Origin: a virus
DNA length: 64,000 nt
Reading direction: 5' to 3' (one strand)
Virus record (IMG/VR): IMGVR_UViG_3300042881_004673
Location: 16,392-80,391 of that record
Shown here piece by piece: positions 59,966 through 64,000 of this stretch. Position 1 is the first letter of the stretch, and each line of letters starts with the position of its first letter. The position numbers were made by a program, and so were the translations under genes. Under the pieces are notes generated by a model. The model saw only the letters and a program-made list of their open reading frames with translations. It made no database searches and had not been told where the DNA came from.

Positions 59966-60119
59966 AGTCAGGTGGTGGAATGTTAGACACATAGTGACAC
60001 GCACGGCAACCTTGAATAAGTGCACTTTGAAAAGGCAATGCGAATGATGAAGAACACTACCTCACTGTGCGTAGGTAAAATTCAAAGTGTTCATGCAGGT
60101 TAGAATCCTGTCCTGACTA
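59966..60119 (+). ncRNA. 154-nt tRNA-like RNA with about 100 nt inserted in place of the anticodon arm
   Basis: AGTCAGG/CCTGACT-A acceptor; TGGTGGAATGTTAGACAC D-arm; GCAGG-TTAGAAT-CCTGT T-arm. Confidence 0.7.
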
Positions 60120-60194
60120 CAACTAAGGAAGTATATGAGAGTCCTGAATTGTACACAAAATATCCCTATTGACATCTCGGAAAGACGAGAATAT

Positions 60195-60268
60195 AGTTAA
60201 TTAGCTCAGTTGGTTAGAGCGATTCCCTGATACGGAATAGGTCATTGGTTCGAGTCCAGTATTAACTA
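60195..60268 (+). tRNA. tRNA-Ile (GAU)
   Basis: AGTTAAT/ATTAACT; ATTCC-CTGATAC-GGAAT; TTCGAGT T loop. Confidence 0.9.
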
Positions 60269-60273
60269 CATAT

Positions 60274-60346
60274 CGCGGGATGTGGAAATTGGTCATCCGC
60301 TCGGTCTCATAAGCCGAGATTACAGGTTCGAGCCCTGTTCCCGCAA
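60274..60346 (+). tRNA. tRNA-Met (CAU), initiator type
   Basis: CGCGGGA/TCCCGCA with C1:A72 mismatch; TCGGT-CTCATAA-GCCGA. Confidence 0.9.
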
Positions 60347-60350
60347 CTAA

Positions 60351-60413
60351 AAGGGTAGAATATTCGTAAGGGCCTTTCCTGAAAGATGGCTAGCTAGGCC
60401 CGTGTCTACCCTT
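60351..60413 (+). ncRNA. structured spacer RNA candidate
   Basis: AAGGGTAGA/TCTACCCTT and GGGCCT/AGGCCC stems enclosing GAAAGA. Confidence 0.45.
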
Positions 60414-60419
60414 ATTTTT

Positions 60420-60491
60420 GGTCCCATCGACTATCGGTTAGGTCGTCAGGTTTTCATCCTGGAAAGTCGGGTTCGATTCCCGGTGGGACTA
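60420..60491 (+). tRNA. tRNA-Glu (UUC)
   Basis: GGTCCCA/TGGGACT; TCAGG-TTTTCAT-CCTGG; TTCGATT T loop. Confidence 0.9.
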
Positions 60492-60571
60492 CTATAGCTA
60501 ACCAAGCTTTACTACGATACGGGTTCATACCTGTGGGTTAGGGGTGACGATCAGGAAAGACTGATAAACTT

Positions 60572-60644
60572 GGTCCCGTGGTTGAATGGTTACAATTCCA
60601 CCCTGTCACGGTGCGAGATACGGGTTCGAATCCCGTCGGGACCG
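60572..60644 (+). tRNA. tRNA-Asp (GUC)
   Basis: GGTCCCG/CGGGACC-G; loop CT-GTC-AC; ACGGG-TTCGAAT-CCCGT. Confidence 0.9.
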
Positions 60645-60668
60645 CTAAACTTTAAAAAAATAACTATT

Positions 60669-61109
60669 ATGAAAACACTTTTTTTAACTCTGTCGTTATT
60701 TTTTGTTAATTTTTTTAATTCACAAGTTATTAAAATTAAGGTATCTGAAGTTATGGACTCTTACGGACAAGACACCAGTGTTTTAAATGTTATAAATAAT
60801 GATAGTCTTATCTACGAACATAGAAAAGTTAATAGTTTTTATGATATTGATTTAACCAATAATAGATTTTTTATTATAAAAAGTAATGGTGTTGAAGTTG
60901 AGGGTGATATATCCTTTGATGTTAAAGACGGAATTTACATAATTAATTTCTTAGTTGATGGATACACTACCGGATTGGTTGTAAATTTAAATAATGAACA
61001 AGTCGCATGGTTTTCAATATCCGAACAATTTGTTTTAGATTCCGATATTTTACAGACTTATATTGAAATTTGTATATTTATTAACTTTCAAATATTAAAA
61101 AGTTCTTAA
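60669..61109 (+). CDS. secreted hypothetical protein
   Basis: Start re-called to MKTLFLTLSLFFVNFFNSQ (signal peptide followed by Q, Bacteroidota style). Confidence 0.7.
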   Translation: MKTLFLTLSLFFVNFFNSQVIKIKVSEVMDSYGQDTSVLNVINNDSLIYEHRKVNSFYDIDLTNNRFFIIKSNGVEVEGDISFDVKDGIYIINFLVDGYTTGLVVNLNNEQVAWFSISEQFVLDSDILQTYIEICIFINFQILKSS

Positions 61110-61142
61110 TAAACGTCCCATCATAATTGTTGGGGTTTTTTA

Positions 61143-61646
61143 TTAGGGCCTTGTCGGATTAACTTGTTTAAGAATGTTAGTTATGGCAGTAACTGCTGTG
61201 TTAGACGGTGTTGTATTAACCCTTGAAACCCCATCAATTTTAGTCATCTTATTCATAATAGGATCTATTAATCCAGTATTTATAAATGTTTTCATGGTGG
61301 GGACAGCTTTAAATTGATAGTCATAAATAGCCCTAAGTCTTACCCCATCAACATTAAGTTCTGTATTCCCAAAGTATGGCTTCCACACAATCTCTTCTTC
61401 ACCACTAGAGTCTCTCATTCCCGTTGTTCTTTTAACTGAAAAATAATTCTTAGGTTTATTAGGGTTGTCTGTGTAATATTGATTTAATGAGTTATTATAG
61501 AATGTTGCAACCCCTTGTAGTGCGGTTGTTATATTTGTATTTACAGTGAGTGAATCAAACACTTCATTAATTAATGGTTTAGAATCTCCCATGGTGGATT
61601 CCATTAAGTTGTAAAATCTTTTTTTATAATCGTTAATTTTTTTCAT
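61143..61646 (-). CDS. leader-tagged hypothetical protein
   Basis: MKKINDYKKRFYNLMESTMGDSKPLINE. Confidence 0.75.
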   Translation of the reverse strand: MKKINDYKKRFYNLMESTMGDSKPLINEVFDSLTVNTNITTALQGVATFYNNSLNQYYTDNPNKPKNYFSVKRTTGMRDSSGEEEIVWKPYFGNTELNVDGVRLRAIYDYQFKAVPTMKTFINTGLIDPIMNKMTKIDGVSRVNTTPSNTAVTAITNILKQVNPTRP

Positions 61647-61661
61647 AATTGTTGGGTTTTA

Positions 61662-62303
61662 TTAAGGTTTTGTAGATGATTGGGGTTTTGTAGGTGCCTC
61701 GGGCATTGCGTATGAGGTGAGTCGTTCTGTATAAATTGGGTTAATAATATCTATGTAATTTTTAAAGGTTGTTTTATTTACATACCGATCACGTACTTGT
61801 CCACTATAAATCCCTATTCTTGAAGTATCAGTATGATCACCACCAGCGGCTTTAAATGCTGCCTGAAGACCTGGAGTATTGTATATAACTGAAAAAAATC
61901 TATCAACATCTGTAATTAAATTTCTTAATCCCACTAAAGCACTTACTAAAAATATCTGAGCGGCCATCATTGAAAGTTCACCATTCATTGTAGTTACCGC
62001 TATATTAATATTAGGATTCAGCTTTCTTACCCACGAATTCCACTGAGCAGGTCTATTACTGTCATTAGTCTTTTCAACTAATGAAGGAAACAAAGTTAAA
62101 TCTCTTACCCATGGACCGTTGGACAATGAAACTTTAGGAACGGTTTTAAACGCCTCGAAAGATGCTTTGTCTTTAAAATCCCTACTTCTTCCTTTTATTG
62201 CTCCAGGTGGAGTATAAACTTCCATAAGTAATGGTCTAACATCACCAATTGTGGATTCCATTAAGTTGTAAAATCTTTTTTTATGATCGTTAATATTTTT
62301 CAT
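61662..62303 (-). CDS. leader-tagged hypothetical protein
   Basis: MKNINDHKKRFYNLMESTIGDVRPLLME; TATTTAT(-) at 62317-62323. Confidence 0.75.
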   Translation of the reverse strand: MKNINDHKKRFYNLMESTIGDVRPLLMEVYTPPGAIKGRSRDFKDKASFEAFKTVPKVSLSNGPWVRDLTLFPSLVEKTNDSNRPAQWNSWVRKLNPNINIAVTTMNGELSMMAAQIFLVSALVGLRNLITDVDRFFSVIYNTPGLQAAFKAAGGDHTDTSRIGIYSGQVRDRYVNKTTFKNYIDIINPIYTERLTSYAMPEAPTKPQSSTKP

Positions 62304-62359
62304 AATTTATTTTATTATAAATATGCTAATAATTAAAATAAAATACTTATATTTGTATT

Positions 62360-62629
62360 ATGAAAAAATTTGAAGATTTAGAGTTTGAAAAAATTGAAGA
62401 CGCACCTTTCCAAATTGGTGTGAAGTGTCGAATGATGTTTGAAAATGGATACGGTGTATCTGTTGTTTCTCACACACATTCATATGGTGGTAAAGATGGT
62501 TTGTTTGAAGTTGCCGTTTTGGGTAAAGATGGTGATATAACCTACGATACTTCGGTAACGGATGATGTGATTGGTTATTTAAATCCAAAAGATGTTACAG
62601 AAATTATGGAGAATGTGCAGTCTTTATAA
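62360..62629 (+). CDS. conserved phage hypothetical protein
   Basis: FENGYGVSVV...SYGG..GLFEVAVL...DDVIGYL; TATATTTG at 62348. Confidence 0.8.
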   Translation: MKKFEDLEFEKIEDAPFQIGVKCRMMFENGYGVSVVSHTHSYGGKDGLFEVAVLGKDGDITYDTSVTDDVIGYLNPKDVTEIMENVQSL

Positions 62630-62652
62630 AAAAAATTGTTTATATTTGTAAT

Positions 62653-62931
62653 ATGACTGACGAACAAAGAAAAGCTTTAGATAATGTTATGGATTGGTTT
62701 GACTTTGAAAAAGTTCATAAAACCATGAGATCTTTACGATGGCAGTGGGATGGTGCTGAAGAAGGAATACCTTGTATGGGTGAGATTCGAGAAAAGGCAA
62801 GAGAGTTATTAACGGATTCGATTGAACGAGAAACAAGTGTCGGATCTGGAGGTTTTCAAGTGACCTATATTCCTGTAGAGGGATTTTTAAAACTTGAATT
62901 CATAGTATCTGAATGGGATGCTTTGATTTAA
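62653..62931 (+). CDS. hypothetical protein
   Basis: FDFEKVHK.M..L.W.W...GGF; TATATTTG at 62641. Confidence 0.75.
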   Translation: MTDEQRKALDNVMDWFDFEKVHKTMRSLRWQWDGAEEGIPCMGEIREKARELLTDSIERETSVGSGGFQVTYIPVEGFLKLEFIVSEWDALI

Positions 62932-62974
62932 AAAAAATGTATAATTGTTTAACTTAAAATAAAAAAAATAAACT

Positions 62975-63217
62975 ATGTCGTTAAAATCGGGAAACAAAGG
63001 ACGCTACATCCAAAAAGTAGGACATTTAGACATCTACGCAAAAGACAGTCTTAAACCAGCTAAAGCCTCAAAATTAAAATGGTTAAAAGGTGAGGTTAAA
63101 AACACAGAGTATGTTGTGTATCATGCTAAAAAAATTGTTGAGTCAGGTTTTAAAACCAAAGAATTGGCGGTTAATAAGGCATCAGAACTAATGAAAAAAC
63201 ACATTGCTAAATCTTAA
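62975..63217 (+). CDS. small basic hypothetical protein
   Basis: 80-aa ORF. Confidence 0.65.
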   Translation: MSLKSGNKGRYIQKVGHLDIYAKDSLKPAKASKLKWLKGEVKNTEYVVYHAKKIVESGFKTKELAVNKASELMKKHIAKS

Positions 63218-63227
63218 TTATAAAAAT

Positions 63228-63437
63228 ATGAGAAAAATTTTAGCAAAAGTTGTTGGTTGTTTAATTTCATTTATTGGAATTGTATTTTGTTCAATATATG
63301 TTCAACATAAAATATCAATTATTTCGATAATATTAGGGTTGTTTGGGGTCATAATAATTTACCCAATATTTGAACATTGGACTAACTACTTTGAACGTTT
63401 ATTTGAAAAAAAAGATTTAGAGTCAAATAGTAATTAG
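63228..63437 (+). CDS. small 2-TM membrane protein
   Basis: Start re-called to MRKILAK. Confidence 0.6.
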   Translation: MRKILAKVVGCLISFIGIVFCSIYVQHKISIISIILGLFGVIIIYPIFEHWTNYFERLFEKKDLESNSN

Positions 63438-63659
63438 TTAGTGTTATTTGCTAATCATTAGTCTTTTTTTTAATTTAAATCAAAATTTTATACGTATTTA
63501 TAACAAATATATATCATGGAAATAGAAATTTATATCGCAATAGGAATACCGGTTTGTTTGGTTGGAATTCTAACCTGTATGTATATGGTAAATAAACATA
63601 AATTGTAATTTAACCAATTTGTTTATATTTATAGTAAAATAAACATTAAATATTTTATT

Positions 63660-63833
63660 ATGAAATTAACAAAAGAAAAATTATTGGGCATCGTTAGGCA
63701 TACCATTACATTTATTGGCGGTATTCTTGTCATGAAAGGAATCGTTGAGGATTCAATGGTGCAAGAAATCTTAGGAGGAGCCACTACATTGGCAGGAGCC
63801 ATTTGGTCAATTGTTGTTAAAAACAAAAATTAA
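63660..63833 (+). CDS. putative holin-like membrane protein (57 aa); not in the ORF track
   Basis: MKLTKEKLLGIVRHTITFIGGILVMKG...GAIWSIVVKNKN*; 2 TM, basic tail, TATTTAT at 63626. Confidence 0.65.
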   Translation: MKLTKEKLLGIVRHTITFIGGILVMKGIVEDSMVQEILGGATTLAGAIWSIVVKNKN

Positions 63834-63853
63834 CTTTTATTATTTTTAAAATT

Positions 63854-63880
63854 AAAAACCCACTTTTGGTGGGTTTTTTT
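63854..63880 (+). terminator. intrinsic terminator
   Basis: AAAAACCCAC...GTGGGTTTTT. Confidence 0.8.
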
Positions 63881-63917
63881 ATTAATCATTATATTTATCA
63901 TTTATAAGTTTGAAAAT

Positions 63918-64000
63918 ATGACAGGAATTATTATTGCGTTTATAACAGGTGTTTTAGGACCTATACTTTTAGTTTACATTAAAAATAAATTAGAAAAGAA
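63918..64000 (+). CDS. 3'-truncated ORF with N-terminal TM helix
   Basis: MTGIIIAFITGVLGPILLVYIKNKLEK... Confidence 0.6.
   Translation, partial: MTGIIIAFITGVLGPILLVYIKNKLEK

Noticed and set aside
59966-60119. tmRNA or group I intron-containing tRNA
   Set aside because: No G3:U70 alanine acceptor and no evident tag ORF; the insert is too short for a group I intron. Kept as an unknown tRNA-like RNA.
60570-60668. N-terminal extension of ORF 60570..61109
   Set aside because: It overlaps tRNA-Asp; the plausible start is ATG 60669, which gives a signal peptide.
63629-63826. Minus-strand 65-aa ORF
   Set aside because: It is the shadow of the plus-strand holin-like ORF 63660-63833, which has a promoter motif and a terminator.
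1-64000. Stop-codon reassignment as in some Bacteroidota phages
   Set aside because: Code 11 gives dense, full-length ORFs; TAG and TGA end genes next to terminators or the following start, and no suppressor tRNA is seen.
1-64000. Bacterial chromosome or eukaryotic giant virus origin
   Set aside because: There are no housekeeping operons. Bacterial-type promoters, terminators, tRNA-fMet, peptidoglycan enzymes and a holin-like gene fit a bacteriophage better, although no hallmark virion gene is in the window to prove it.

Overview
This AT-rich, gene-dense window most likely comes from a large tailed dsDNA (jumbo-type) phage. No capsid, terminase or polymerase gene lies in the window, so this is inferred from gene content: a tRNA cluster, a GH24 lysozyme, a holin-like ORF, a UvrC-like nuclease and many short orphan ORFs. 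A Bacteroidota host is inferred from TAnnTTTG (-7) promoters and a T9SS type-B substrate. Layout: (1) 0-8 kb, glycosyltransferases flanking two Thr/Pro mucin-like proteins. (2) 8.5-58 kb, about 40 otherwise unrelated proteins that share a few charged N-terminal leaders, most ending in [ILVM]-x-E (e.g. MKRIIRLTESDLTRIVKRII.E, MNLQENIRRILREE, MK.LIR.ILKEE, MKIIITE.Q). These genes sit behind a TATTTAT motif, many are followed by related hairpin terminators, and several are polyproteins joined at [ILM]-x-E-S. (3) 26.6-28.4 kb, a mostly non-coding ori/pac-like island. (4) 59-60.6 kb, tRNAs (Arg, Ile, fMet, Glu, Asp) interleaved with structured ncRNA candidates, including a 154-nt tRNA-like RNA. The best candidate for an undescribed system is a shuffleable library of late-expressed, leader-tagged, protease-processed virion cargo: cell-wall hydrolases, ART-like domains, a DHH phosphoesterase, a zincin and a cyanophycin synthetase N-domain. 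All family assignments come from motif recognition by eye; no searches were run.
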